Shown piece by piece: positions 12,760 to 25,800 of a stretch of 64,000 bases of DNA. The notes under the pieces were generated by a model that was given only the letters and a program-made list of their open reading frames with translations, was not told where the DNA came from and did no database searches. A program made the translations under genes and the position numbers. Origin of the DNA: Basidiobolus meristosporus CBS 931.73 (Eukaryota > Fungi > Basidiobolomycota); assembly GCA_002104905.1 (NCBI GenBank), contig MCFE01000111.1, positions 62,001 to 126,000 on the forward strand, given 5' to 3'. The stretch's first letter is position 1, and every line of letters begins with the position of its first letter.

Positions 12760-13673
12760 GGAACTGTGGAAACTGAGAATGGAGCTGCTGCTACAGGAAA
12801 GAAGCCCTTGGGATCTTGTTATGGGAGAAGAATACCCTCCTGAACATGTAGGAGATGTAGCCTCAAGGTACAGAAAAAAGTGCAAAGTGCATTTCATAAC
12901 ATATATGCCAACATCAGACTTGTTCTGTTGGACAGTGCCACATTGAGCCATTAGTTCCAAATGATTCTGTAGTGGGCCAGGGAGGCCATGTGGATTTATA
13001 CTTGGCCACAGAGTGTGAGATAAAGTTATTCATCTTCATACTAAGTAGCTCCTGTGCTTCACCCATCATGCAGGGGAAAATCCACCCTTTGACCTTTTTT
13101 TTGGGATCAATGTTGTACATGATCTGTAAGAGGACAGGAGTTCTGAAGACATGCATTAGGTACTCATTACCTATGGTACTCTGAATCTTGCCCCTGCGGC
13201 TTTTAACATGTACAAAAATTCATGGCACTATCTGGCACTATAAGTGCTTTGTATAGGTTTTACTTTGGGGCTAATATTTAAATATGGTGCCATATAGTGC
13301 CAGTGGACCAAGATAATGACATGTTACAAGCCACAGGGGCTATATTCAGAGTGCCATGGGTATTGAATATCAGATGCATGTCTTCAGTCCTTTTGTGTGC
13401 TTACACATTGTGTCTAACATTGATTTCAAAAAAAAGGGCAAAAGTTAATTTTCTCCAGCACATTGGGTGAAGCACAGAGGCTGCTTTGCATGAAGTTGAA
13501 TATCTACTTTTCACACTCAGTGGCAAATTTAAGTCCATTAGGCCTTCCTGGCACACTAAGGCATCATTTGGTACTCATGGCTCAATGTGGCACTATCCAG
13601 TGGAACAAGCCTATTAAAGACAAGCTGCTGATTCAATGCTCAAGGGTAAAAATGGCAAAGAATGCATGGAAGG
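12760..13673 (+). mobile_element. Copia family B gag remnant, 5' part (split by the MITE and by copia A copy 2; resumes at 18355-18628)
   Basis: Homologous to gag at 24490-24690; both sides of the copia A copy 2 insertion rejoin to the sequence seen at 24681-24710. Confidence 0.8.
12917..13611. mobile_element. ~695-bp non-autonomous fold-back element (MITE-like) with ~295-bp terminal inverted repeats
   Basis: 12917-13212 is the reverse complement of 13318-13611 at roughly 75% identity by eye (termini GACTTGTTC / GAACAAGCC); no meaningful ORF; interrupts copia B gag. Confidence 0.85.
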
Positions 13674-14042
13674 TGTTGCAACTTAAGAAGTGATTTGAAT
13701 ATAAGGAGCTTATCATGAAATAGTGATAATAGTTGAATTGTTGTTTATTAGTAATGAGGCTCAGTATTTATACCTTTGTTGAAGTAATACAGCTGTAACA
13801 CTAAGTAAGGAAGGTTTCTCAATATTCAAGAGCATTCTGTAACAGTTTCAGGGTTAGTATATAATGTTCAGTAATAGTGCTAATTTGATCCTGACAATAA
13901 GGGAATAATCATAAGATCATAGATCTGCAAAAAGCGGCAAAGTTAGAGCTGTAAATTAGTCCCACAGTGACCAAGACTAGTCCAGAGCTGTTGAGTAAAT
14001 TTTTAGCTGCCAAATGATACCAAATGGTCCAATATTTCAGCA
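13674..14042 (-). repeat. 3' LTR of copia A copy 2
   Basis: TG...CA termini, adjacent PPT; about 42 mismatches to the 5' LTR counted by eye (~11%). Confidence 0.93.
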
Positions 14043-17000
14043 CTCCCCCTCAACTAAATAATTCCTTAATCCTAATTCCTCCCTAAGATTCTCAAGTTGT
14101 GGCCTAGCAGTGGTTTTGTCAATATATCTGCCACCATTTTGTTAGTTGGGCAGTACACTAACTCTACTAAGTTATTTTTTACAGCTTCCTTCACAAAGTG
14201 ATGCTGCATATCAATGTGCTTAGTTCTGGCATGATTAGTAGGATTTCTAGCTAATTAAATTCAACCTTGATTATCCTTGTAAATACTTGTTGGCTCATCT
14301 GAATAAAAACCTAAGTCTTTGAGTAATTTTTGTAGCTATATAGCCTCCTTAGTTGCTTGACATGCAGCCATATATTCAGCTTCAGTTGTAGATAGGGCCA
14401 CAGTTGGCTGTTTCTTGCAATTCCAAGTAATAGCTGCACCAGCATAAAGAAATACATATCCTGTGGTAGAGCATCTCTCAATCAGATCCCTACTGCAATC
14501 TGAATCACTATAACCATTAAATTCTTGCCTAGTAGCTACTCCAGAGTATTCCAGTATCATATTTATGGTACCTTGTAGATATCTGAAAATCTGCTTAACT
14601 GCTGCAATTTGATCTGTTCCATAATTCTGCACAAATTGACTGACTATTCCAACTGTCACTGCAATATCTGGACATGAAGACACCATCAAGTACATTAGGC
14701 TACCAATCATTGATTGATAGGGAAAGTTTTGGTCCATATTTGAGCTGTTTTCATCTATAACCGGCTGAGATTTGCTTAGTTTCAGGTTATTGTCCATAGG
14801 GGTAGCTGCAGGTTTGCAATATTCCATTTTGAAGCGTCTAAGAATGTCCCTGATGTACTTAGACTGATTCAGCACAATTTTCTGCATAGGTATGTCAAAT
14901 TTGACTTCAATTCCAAGAAAATAGCTCAATTGTCCTAGATCTTGCATCTCAAGCTTGCTGAAGAGATCGGACTTTGTCTGTATAAGTGCCTCTTGGTCAC
15001 TTGTAGCTATATTCAGGTTGTCAACATAAAGAACCAGGATAATCACACCCTTTTTGTGCTGTTTCACATATATACTGTGAACTGCAGTGCTACAAGAGAA
15101 CCCAATTTCCTCTAGATATGTGTCAATCTTGTTATACCATGCTCTAGGTGCCTGCTTAAGCCCATGCAACATTTTTCCAAGTTTGCACACCTTATGGGGT
15201 CTTTTGGATTGGTAAAACCTTCTGGTTGCTCCATATATATAGCTTCTTGCAAATCTCCATTTAGAAAGGCTGTTTTGACATCCATTTGGTGTAGATCTAG
15301 ACTGTGTACAGCTGCCGGGGCTAGAGCTGTCCTAATGGAGTTGAACTTGGCAACTAGAGCAAATGTTTCCTTCAAGTCTAATCCCCAGATCTGGGAATAG
15401 CCTTTAGCCACCAACCTAGCCTTGTACTTATCAACAGCATCATTTGAGGTTATCTTGATCTTGCAGACCCATCTATATCCTATTGGCTTTCTCCCATTTG
15501 GTAAATCTACCAGTTCCCATGTTTTTACCTTGATCAGTGATTGGTACTCCTCCTACATGGCTTGTTGCCAAATAGTAGCATCTGGACTTTGTATTGCCTG
15601 TTCCAGATTCAGAGGTTTGGCACATAAGACAAGATAAGCATTTCATGCTTGTTGGATGTCTGCCACCAGGATCCAGAGGCATTTCTTATTCTGGTAGATC
15701 TCTTAACTGGGATAATCTGCTCTGATCTGGAACTGGTAGAATTATCATCTGTATCAGGCTGAATTAGGTAAGTATCTTCTTCATTAGTGTTGACTGCATC
15801 ATCAGGTAGCTGGCCAATGATTTCAGTGGCTTTGTGATCTGAATTATCCTCAAATACAATGTCCCTGCTCTTGATCAGCTTCTGAATTTTGCCACCATAC
15901 ACTCTATACCCTTTGGTATCTTCACAATACCCAAGAAAGATCCCTTTCCTACTCTTTGGTTCCAACTTTGAGCATTTTTGTCAGGGATGTGATAAAAAAA
16001 GTTACTGCCAAAGATCTTGAGGTGCTGGAGATCTGGTTTTTTGCCTGTATATGCTTCAAAGGGTGTAGAATCACAAAGTGCTGTTGTTGGGCATCTGCTC
16101 CTGATGTATACTGCAGTAGCAACCAATTCAGCCTGAAACTTGTAGACCATTCCCTTATCATGTGGCATAGATCTTCCCATTTCTACAGTTGTTCTATTTG
16201 CATGTTCTGCTACTCCATTTTGCTGTGGAGTATGAGGAACTGTGGTCTGTTGAAGTATACCAGTAGATGAGCAGTATTTTGCAAACTCCTTTGAAAAGTA
16301 TTCTCCTCCATTGTCACTTTGTTGTACCTTCAATTTACACCCAGTTTGCGTTTCTGCCATGTACTTGAAGTGCTTAAATGTCTCTAAGGCTTCATCCTTT
16401 ATTTTGATGAAGTACACCCATATGTATCTTGTTTTGTCATCAATAAATGTCATAAAGTATCTCTTGGCTCCAAAGGACAGTGTTCCCATAGAGCCACATA
16501 TGTCTGAGTATACACTAGCCAAAATTTTGGTGGCATTGATGCCTTCTGAGCTCTTGAAGCGTTGCCTAGCTTGTATTCCATATGAACATCCCTTACAAAC
16601 ATTTAATTTGATTGGAATTGAGTTTTTTGGGCCCAAAACAAGCTGATTTTTCACCAATTGGCTCATTTTCTGTTCCTCAATGTGTCCTAGCCTCCTATAC
16701 CACATCTCCAAGTTGGTTTCAGCAGTTTTGGCAATGTTAGCATACTCAGGTACAATGATCTTGCATTGTAACTGGTATATATTGTGATCTCTGGTTCCCA
16801 AAGCTAATTTTTGTCCATTTTCACTCAATATTGAGCAGTCCATCTTAGTAAACACAAATTTCAGTCCCTGAGCAATTGCCTAACTGACTGAGAGTAGGTT
16901 CTTAGCTATTCCAGGTGCATAGAGTACATCAGTCAGTCTTGCTGTTGTTGCCCCTGAGCTATTGCTCATATTTAGCTGTATAGACCCACTGGCAGTAGCT

Positions 17001-17985
17001 TCCAGAGCAGAGTTAACTCCCAGATAAACCTTTCTTACAGGAGTAGTCTTTGAGTTGCTGAACCACTCCATTTACCACATATATGCTGTGATGCTCCAGA
17101 GTCAATATACCATTCATTACTTTGGTTACTTGCAATCTCTTGTATGGTTACAAATAACTGTTCATCAGTAGTTATATGGTTTGCCTGCTCTAGTATCTGA
17201 TTTTTGTCTGCTTGTTTCTTCTTGCATTCTCTTGCCCAGTGTCCTGGTTTTTTACAGTAGCTACAGCAACCAGGTTTTCTTTGGTCTTGTTGCTTTCCCT
17301 TCTTTTCTGAGTGCCTTTCTGAGCTGAATAAAGCATTATCTTCAATTTTCTCTGCTTGATCATTATGTCTGAGTTCTTCATGGAGAAATCTTCCATTGAC
17401 ATAGTCTAATGTCAAATTGTCTTCTCTGCTTTCAAGAGAAAGTATGAGTGGCTCATACTTGTCTGGTAGGCTGCAAAGCAGACAGAGTATCTTTTCTTCA
17501 TCATCTACACCAGCAATGATACTCTAGAGTTCTTCTGCAAGTGTCTCCATTCTGATAATGAGTAGAAGCATGTCATCATCTGGATCCTTCCTCATGTTGA
17601 AGAATTACTATTTTAAATAAAGCTTGCTTGATACTTACTTTGCTCTAAAGTTCTTCTCTATGGATTCCCACGCTGCTTTGGCAGTATTTGAGGCATGGAT
17701 TTGTCTAATGAAGGAATCTTGCACATTGATACATACAGTATTAAAGGCCCTTCTCTCATTGTCTTGAAACTTCTCCACTTCTTCTGCTGCTCCTTTGGGC
17801 TCAACTTCTTTTCCTGCTACTATATTCCAAAGCTTCCTCTCCTTGAGGTGGATCTGCATCTTGATTCTCCAAAGTCTGTAGTTCTTCCCATCAAAACTCT
17901 CCTGCACAGGGAAGATTTTTTTGTTGTTCTGTTTGCTGGTAGAAGTCATCTTTAGAATAGATTAAGGCAATTGGGGCTCATAATC

Positions 17986-18354
17986 TGTTGCAATTTAAGA
18001 AGTGATTTGGATATAAGGCACTTATCAAGAAATAGTGATAATAGTTAAACTGTTGCTTATTATTAAAGAAGTTCAGTATTTATACCTTTGTAGAAGTAAT
18101 GCAACTTTAACACTAAGTAAGGATGGTTTCTCAATATTCAGGAGCATTCTGTAACAGTTTCAGGGCTAGCACATAATGTTTAGTAATAGTGCTAATTTAG
18201 TCCTGACTATAAGGGAATAATCATAGGATTATAGATCTGAAGTAAGTGGCAAAGTTAGAGCTGTAAATTAGTCCTTCAGTGACCAAGACTAGTCCAGAAT
18301 TGTTAAGTAAGTTTTTAGCTGCTGAATGATACCAAATAGTGCAATATTTCAACA
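17986..18354 (-). repeat. 5' LTR of copia A copy 2
   Basis: TGTTG...CAACA termini, adjacent PBS. Confidence 0.93.
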
Positions 18355-18860
18355 GAAGTCATTAGAAGACACCTACCAACAATGTTTAGCTGCCCAGAAA
18401 ATGTATCATGAGCATAAATTCTTTACTACAAAGGTGCTGCAGCAAGAAGAAATGAAAAATTTAAATATCAGACTTGCCCTGTTGGTGATGAGATTAAATC
18501 TGTGGGTATACCAGCTACTGATAAAGGTGTGATAGTTACCCTCCAGAATAGCCTGACAGAGGGGTTTTGGGCCCTTGTGTTGGCTCTAGAGTCTGGACTA
18601 AAGATTGGACTTCTAATTGTGTATATGGTGTTGCAATTGTTGAGCTGTCACCTAATTATTCATGCTGGCTTGTCACATAGAGCTTACTCTGAGATTAGCA
18701 TCCTCTTATGACCAAATTTCTTGTTGGGATCTACTATGAACATTTTCACCAAATTTCAAGGTACCCAGATTATGACCTTTCCCTTATCTGTCTAAAATAC
18801 CCCAAACTTTGCACATATATTCTGAGGACCCTCCTGAACAGATACCTCTAAGAGAAGTAA
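18355..18860 (+). mobile_element. Continuation of copia B gag (18355-18628) followed by a family B LTR-like remnant
   Basis: 18355-18628 matches 24690-24962; 18709-18850 matches 24196-24340 in direct orientation. Confidence 0.65.
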
Positions 18861-18909
18861 TTTGCACTCATAGGTGGATCCAATCAGGACCAGCCTTCAG
18901 GCTCCTGCA

Positions 18910-20580
18910 ATGAGTCTGTCATAATGCCAGCAGCTTGGAACTACTGACCCTCTACATGTTGTGATGATAGGATTGTGACAGTGTATGCCTGATTTTACTA
19001 CCAAATAAAGTTAAAAGCCTGATGTTGTTTGGGTGGCCTTTTGAAACAAATTGCATGGAATTCTGATGGTCTTTATGCATTCTACATTTATTTAAGCTGT
19101 CCTAACCAGTCAATACATCCAATTGCCTTATGTGGCAAGAAACTTGGCAGCATTTGGATAGCCTCATAGCAAACCTCTGCTGGCATTATGATGGCTGTAC
19201 AGTGGCCAACCACTAGTTCTGTATAATTCAGTTGTGCTAATTTACCAAATGATATTGCCTTTTACTACCTCTCCTTGTGTATTCATATTATCACTTTCAA
19301 ATCACCCCTCTATAACTGTGTATCCACTACTACTTTTGGTATTCTATATGTAATTCAAATTAAAAAGGACTATAGCCTCCTGCTTACTACCTCTACATTT
19401 GTGCATGCCAATTGCAATTGACACACTTCTATTGCCTCAACTTAAAGTTTTTCAGTGCTATACTTGCAAAGTTGCCGTATGCCTTGTATTGCTAGTAACA
19501 TGTACACTTTACAAATATAGGCATGGTTGCTTCCACTCTTGCCATGAATGCATCTTGAATAGTTGCAAAGAGCCTGTTGGTATTAGCTATTATATTCCCC
19601 CTCTCTGCTGGATTCTAGTTCCCCTTATAGGTGCAGTCTAGCACTTGTTTGTGAATTCTGTGTCAATTGGTACACCAACTGCCTTGTGTCTAGGAGAAGC
19701 CCAGCATAGTTTGGTAAGGTTGTCCTATTATGAATTGGCCACTTGTTGTACCAAACCCTGGTTTGCATTACTTTACTTATTACCCTTGCATTGGGGCTGC
19801 TTAGCTTTTTAATGCCAATGGCATAGGTGTCTCCATGTGTGCATCTTTCCACAGTATTTTCCAGCTCTTCCTGGCTGTCCACTGTGTACCAACTCATCAC
19901 ATCCATTACACACTTGAAGGCAATATTCTTGATGAGATTGGGATATGGTAGTACTTGCAACTTGACTTGTCTTCTTATCTTCCTACACATCTGCTCCATA
20001 GGAAACTCCCAAAAGGTGAAGCAAGGTCCAATATTCTCAACACACCAAGCAAGATGGAGTAGCAAGTCGATACGGTTGCAGCAGAGATCTATGTATTCAG
20101 CTTTATGCTTGTAGTATTGCCGCTCAAATCATGTAACAAACCCTTTGCACAAAAGCCAAAGATGCTTCAAGCTGGCATTAGTGATCTGCTTCTAGATAAA
20201 TATTCCTCCAATGTCCACATATGACTCCCAATGCTTCCAATGTACTTGTGGTATAAGTGGCTTCAGAAGGCCACTTGAATAAATGCATATCCAGTTCATC
20301 TGGTTGTTGCACTTGTATTGTTGCATATGCATATGAATGTTGATTGGAGCCCATGAGAAGCACTTAGGGTAGTGGATACTCTGTTATATCTTGCCTATCC
20401 TTTCAATCTTCTCTGATATCTCAAAGGGCGTATTTAGCTTGAAATGCCCCATGTACTACTTGATCATCAGCATAGGTATATTGTTGAAAAGCAAATACAT
20501 TGCTCCCAGTGGAAAGCTTTTGCTCCAACAAATACCCTCTATCTAAGTATATCTGGCCCTACAAAATATTATTGTAATAA
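18910..20580 (-). mobile_element. En/Spm (CACTA/CMC)-like transposase remnant, inverted copy
   Basis: LHLAWCVENIGPCFTFWEFPMEQMC motif; reverse complement of ~22090-23770 at roughly 80% identity by eye. Confidence 0.75.
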
Positions 20581-21519
20581 TCCTGTCAAAAGGCTATCAC
20601 AAATTTCAAGTCCCATGACTAAGAGGTACAGGTCCTGTCAGGATACAGTGCAGAGACTGTTGAAAAATAATTGCACCCCAGATTTCTCAAAAAACTTGAT
20701 CAAAATTTTTCATCTTGACACTATATTAGTGGCTTTTGATTGGTTACCTGCCAACTTGTTCACTTTCTGATCCTGGACACTTAATCACCTCCTACATTTG
20801 TTTACATTGATTGGCTATTACCTCTTTTTCACACTCTTTACTTCCTGACTCAACCATTTCTCTTACTTTGTATGTGTACAAATTGATTTTTTCCATTGAA
20901 ACTTCAGTTGTACCTCAATTGCCAATTGTAATGACCTACACAAGTCCCTATACCCTTCACTAACATCAAGCTCAACCCCACACTCAACAAGTAACTCCAT
21001 TAAAATCTGCCACTCAATAGGTATTTCTGCTGTAATGCTCTGTTTCCACGGCTCTGGCAGGAACCTAATGGCTTTATGTTACTGTTCATTCACTGTTTCC
21101 CACACATCCTGGTCTTCAGCCAGCACTGCAAGGTCTAGCACCTCATCTGCCAGTCTTTGCAATAAATTCTTGCAATATTCAAGTGTGTTATCTTGAGCAC
21201 TGCTCTTGAAGTAGTGCTGAAACCACTTGGTGTGTCTATAAATGTTCCAAAATTCCACCAAAGGCATTGTGATAGTCTTGTGAGTTCTTGACATTGTATA
21301 CTGGTCTATCAGTGGGATCTCTACTCTTTCAACAATGGAGGATGTGGAGGCTGTGGTGAAAAAATTGTTTTTCTCTGCAAACTCTTCTACCTTTCTGCAG
21401 TGTAGCTCAACTGCCTGCACTTCCAACTCTTGTGAACACAGCTGTTTTCTTACCCCATCTGAGGAAGCTGATGCAGTCCAACAAACATTGCAAAGCTATG
21501 CAGTACTGCACACAGTATC

Positions 21520-23770
21520 AATCAAGCGCAAGCATATGCAATATATTTGATGGCCAACACTACAAACAGCAAAAAGGCAAGGTCTACTTTGAATGTATGT
21601 ATGACCATGCCTTTGCTTTAGCACTTGATGGACTCATATTAAACATGTACTCTACCAACAAATCCTGCTGGCCACTAACTCTCATCAGCCTGAATCTGCT
21701 GCCTATTTTACAGTATCAGAGCAAAAATCTGATAGTAGGCTCACTGGTATCAGGGCCTAAATCACTGTCCAATGGGGATAGCTACCTGTATCCATTGCTG
21801 GATGAATTTTGTGTGCTTTCCAGCAGGATAACAGTAAATTGCCATCATGTCAATGTACATGTTTTTCTGCATTGGAGATACCCCAGCTGTCAGCAAGATA
21901 GCCAGAGTTTCTGGGCACAATAGATGGTATTGCTGTTGAAGGTGTGAGATCCAGGGGATTTACTTCACAACTCAAATACATTGTTATCACCCAAACACCA
22001 ACACTAAGAACATCATCTTCCAGCAGAGACAACATACAGAAGTCAGCATACAGTTGTAGCAAAGTAGGCAAGCTATAAGCCATTGGCCAGAATATGGAAT
22101 CATTTGGTAACCAGAGATAATTGAGATAGTGAGTATCTATTAGAGCAAAAGCTTTACACTGGGAGCAATGCATTTACTTTGCAACAATATCCCCATACTG
22201 ATGGCTAAGTTGTACATGGGGCAGTTCAAGCTAAATCAGCACTTTGAGATACTGGAGGAACTTGAAAGAATTGGCAAGATATTACAAAGTATCTGCTACC
22301 CTAAGTACTTCTCACAGGCTCCAATCAATATTCATATGCATATGTGACAATAGAAATGCAAAGACTGGATGAACTGGATATGTATTTATTCAAGTGGTGT
22401 TCTGACGCCATTCCTACCAAGAGTACATTGGAAGCATTGGGAGTCATATGTGGACATTGCAGGAATATTTATCCAGAAGCAGATCACCAATGCCAACTGG
22501 ACACATCTATAGCTGTTGTGCAAGGAGTTTGTGATGAGATTTGAGTGGCTATACTATAAGCATAAAGCTGAATGCTTAGACCTTTGCCACTACTGTATCC
22601 ATTCTCTACTCCATCTTGCTTGGCATGTGAAGAATATTGGGCCTTGCTTCACCTTTTGGGAGTTTCCTATAGAGCAGATGTGTGGGGAGATAAGAAGACA
22701 AGTCAAGTTGCAGGTACTACCATATCCCAATCTCATCAAGAATATTATTTTCAAGTCTGTAGTGGATGTGATGAGTTGGTACATGGAGGATAGCCAGGAA
22801 GAGTTGGAAAATACTGAGGACAGATGTACACATGGAGATACCTATGCCTATGGTATTAAGAAGGTAAGCAGCCCCAATGTGTGGGTAATCAGTTAAGTAA
22901 TGCAAAGTTGAGTTGAGTGCAACAAGCAACTAATTTTTATTAGAAAAGCCCTACTAAAGTATGCTGGGTTTCTCTTGGTCACAAGCCAACTTCTACATCA
23001 TTAATATGGATTTCACACAAACAAGAGCTAGAAAACACCTATAAGGGGGAATAGAATCCAGCAGGGAGAAGGAATATATTGGCTAAATACCAAAAAGTTC
23101 TTTGCAAATATTCAGGAGGTATTCATGGCAGAAGTGGCAAAAACCAAGCATATGTTTGCAAGAAGTATATGTTACCAGCAGTACAAGGTATATGGCAACT
23201 TTGCAAGTATCACACAAAAAAGCCATAGAGCTGAGGTGATTGATGTATATCAATATCTTGCAACAGATGCGCATGTTTGTAGAGGTTAGTAAGCAGGAGG
23301 CCATAGTTTTTTTTGATTTGAACTATATATGGAATACCCCAGGTAGTAGAGGGTAAGCAAATAATGGGGGTGATTCTACAGTGGAATACATGAATTGCAC
23401 AAGGGGAGGTAGAAAAAGTAAATTCCATTTGGTAAATTGGTATAGTAGCATTTTACAGAACTAGCTGTAGGCTGCTATACTACCATTATAATACCATCAA
23501 AGACTCACAATGAGGCTGTCAAACACTGTCAAGTATTTTGCCATATAAGGCAACTGGATGTACTGGCCAGTTAGATCCATTTAAAATAGTTGTAGAGTGC
23601 ATTAAGACTGCAACAATGTCATGCATTATTGCTACAGCACCAATTAAACCCCATCAGGTTTTTTAACTTTATTTAGCAGTAAAGTTAGCCAAACAACATT
23701 GTGATCCCGTCAGATGATTGTTAGGAGGGTCACTGATTCCAGGCTGCTGGTATTATGACAGTCTCCAAAC
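21520..23770 (+). mobile_element. En/Spm (CACTA/CMC)-like transposase remnant (Tnp2-type core)
   Basis: IFDGQHY, ALALDG, SCWPLTLISLNL, GPKSLSNGDSYLYPLLDEF and HSLLHLAWHVKNIGPCFTFWEFPIEQMCG resemble the Tnp2 (PF02992-type) family; stops and frameshifts; no CACTA termini seen. Confidence 0.75.
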
Positions 23771-24119
23771 AGGATCATGATGGTGTGGTGGTGTATAGGT
23801 CCAAGGAAGAGATATGCCCAACACTTTTCAAATGTTTTGTGTGTGGGGTGTTCACTGGGTGCAATAGCCTCTGGCAAAAGCTTGCTAGGAATACTTGGGT
23901 TCTGCCTCTAATCTCATGTGATGGGGAATAAAGCCACAAGTTTGTCAAGGGAAAACTATTGAGCTACAATCCCCAACTTAGTTGGCGTCTTAACAAAAGC
24001 ATGTGCTGGGTTCAATGTCCTTTGAGATGACAATGTACTAAAGCTTTCAAAGTCAAAACAACTGTAAACTCCACCAGCCAGGACTTGATAAGAATGCAGC
24101 TGTGATCAATAGTTACAAA

Positions 24120-25100
24120 TGTTGTAAAAATTTGTATTTCCATCTAAATACTCACCTAACTTAGTCACTTGAATCATTACCTTCAAATCCTAGAGAATAC
24201 TGACCAAATTCCTTGTCAGGATTTACTTATAATATTTTCACCAAAATACCAGGTACCCAGAACATGAAACTTCTCAAAGTTGTCCAAACAGCCCCAATCA
24301 TTGCACCCATGTTCTTGGGACCTTCTTTAACCTAATCTACTTGTTCTCCTAAGTCACTTCCAATATCTCCAAGACTCTTACAACAGGCTATGAGCCCCAA
24401 GCTGTCACTCTCTGCAATGTCTACCACTGCTATTACTGGAATTTTCCCCTCTGCTGAAAAGTTGGATGGATCTAACTATCAAGTGTGGAAGGTGAAGATG
24501 AAGATGCAGCTATAAAAAAGAGGCCTTTGGGATATTGTCATGGGAGAAGAATGTCCTCCTAAAAACATGGGAGAGGAAGCCTTAAAGTACCAGAAGAAAG
24601 AACAAAGTGCCTTTAACTGCACTTGCCATAATGTTAAAGACAAATTGCTAATTCAATGCTCAAGAGCAAAAACAGCAAAGAATGCCTGGAAGGCATTAGA
24701 AGACACCTACAATTCATGTTCAGCTGCAAAGAAAATGTATCTGAGATGAAAATTCTTTACCAGAAAAATGCTGCCAGGAGAAGAAATGAAAAATCTAATT
24801 AACAGAATTACCCTGATGGTGGATGAAATGGAATCTGTGGGTGTACCAACTACTGATGAGGATATGGTAGTTACCATCCTGAATAGCCTGACAGACAAGT
24901 TTCAGGGCCTTGTATCAGCCCTAGAGTCCAGAACTGAAGATTTGACCTTGAATTACATATATGGAAGGCTCCTGGATGAAGAATTAAGAAAATCAAGCAC
25001 CAATAAAAAGGAAGAAGAAAATGCTTTAATTGGCAATGATAACCAACAAAAGAGGTACCCAAGACCCAAAGATAAGCCCAAAGAAAAACCTATCACAGCA
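24120..25100 (+). mobile_element. Copia family B 5' LTR (~24120-24385), PBS and gag remnant
   Basis: TGTTG...CAACA followed by GGCTATGAGCCCC; gag KLDGSNYQVWKVKMKMQL...LWDIVMG and UBN2-type region, with in-frame stops. LTR start is approximate. Confidence 0.78.
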
Positions 25101-25419
25101 TGGGAGGGAGACAATGTGGTGTTTATACCAAAGCTAAAAAATCAAAATACATTCAAGATCCATGAAGCTCTTGAGTGCAATGATGAAGAGTGGGCTAATA
25201 TTCAAGAGGCTGTTTGAAGTCTAGCATGCCAACACCTCAAGGCCAAGCAGAATGCACTTGACTTGCTCCATGAGCATTATCCTGGATTCAAATGAGTAAA
25301 CAGATTTTGGGCCAGCACTGGTATGCTAAAAAAGTATTTCAAGAATAGCAGAAACTAGCAAAGGCAGAAGAACAAGAGTGCAATGGCTAAAAACCAACTG
25401 CTTCCTCAAGATCCCATTA

Positions 25420-25800
25420 CAAGCAGGGCCAAAAGCTCCAAACAAGTGTCAAAGAGACATCAGGTAGCTGGATGAGTGCCAATAAGGGAAAAGCAGACAG
25501 ATACAAATGCACCAGCATAACATTTACCAAGGAAAAAGCATAGTTCTCAAATGCTCCAGAGTCAATATACCATGTCTGAGAATCCCTGTTTGTGGTCATA
25601 TTTAGTGCAGATATGAATAGTATATCTTCAATTGTTGCAGCATTTCCATATTTGGGCTTTTTCTGCTGATTTTCTCTCTGAGCAAGTGCTGCTGGTCACT
25701 GATTCTCCTTGACCTGAATCTGCCACCAGTCATATCATATCAGTGCAGGAATCTGACAGTAATATCACAGATGTTGGGGCCCAAAACCCCATCTAACCTG
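25420..25800 (-). mobile_element. Copia protease-region fragment
   Basis: TWYIDSGA motif in ORF 25417-25599. Confidence 0.5.

Larger units (their letters stand above)
13674..18354 (-). mobile_element. Full-length (4681 bp) but defective Ty1/copia element, family A copy 2, with two LTRs and a 5-bp TSD
   Basis: LTRs 13674-14042 and 17986-18354 (both 369 bp); PPT GAGGGGGAG at 14043-14051; PBS at 17973-17985; gag-PR-IN-RT-RH order with frameshifts; flanks GAAGG / GAAGT. Confidence 0.96.
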
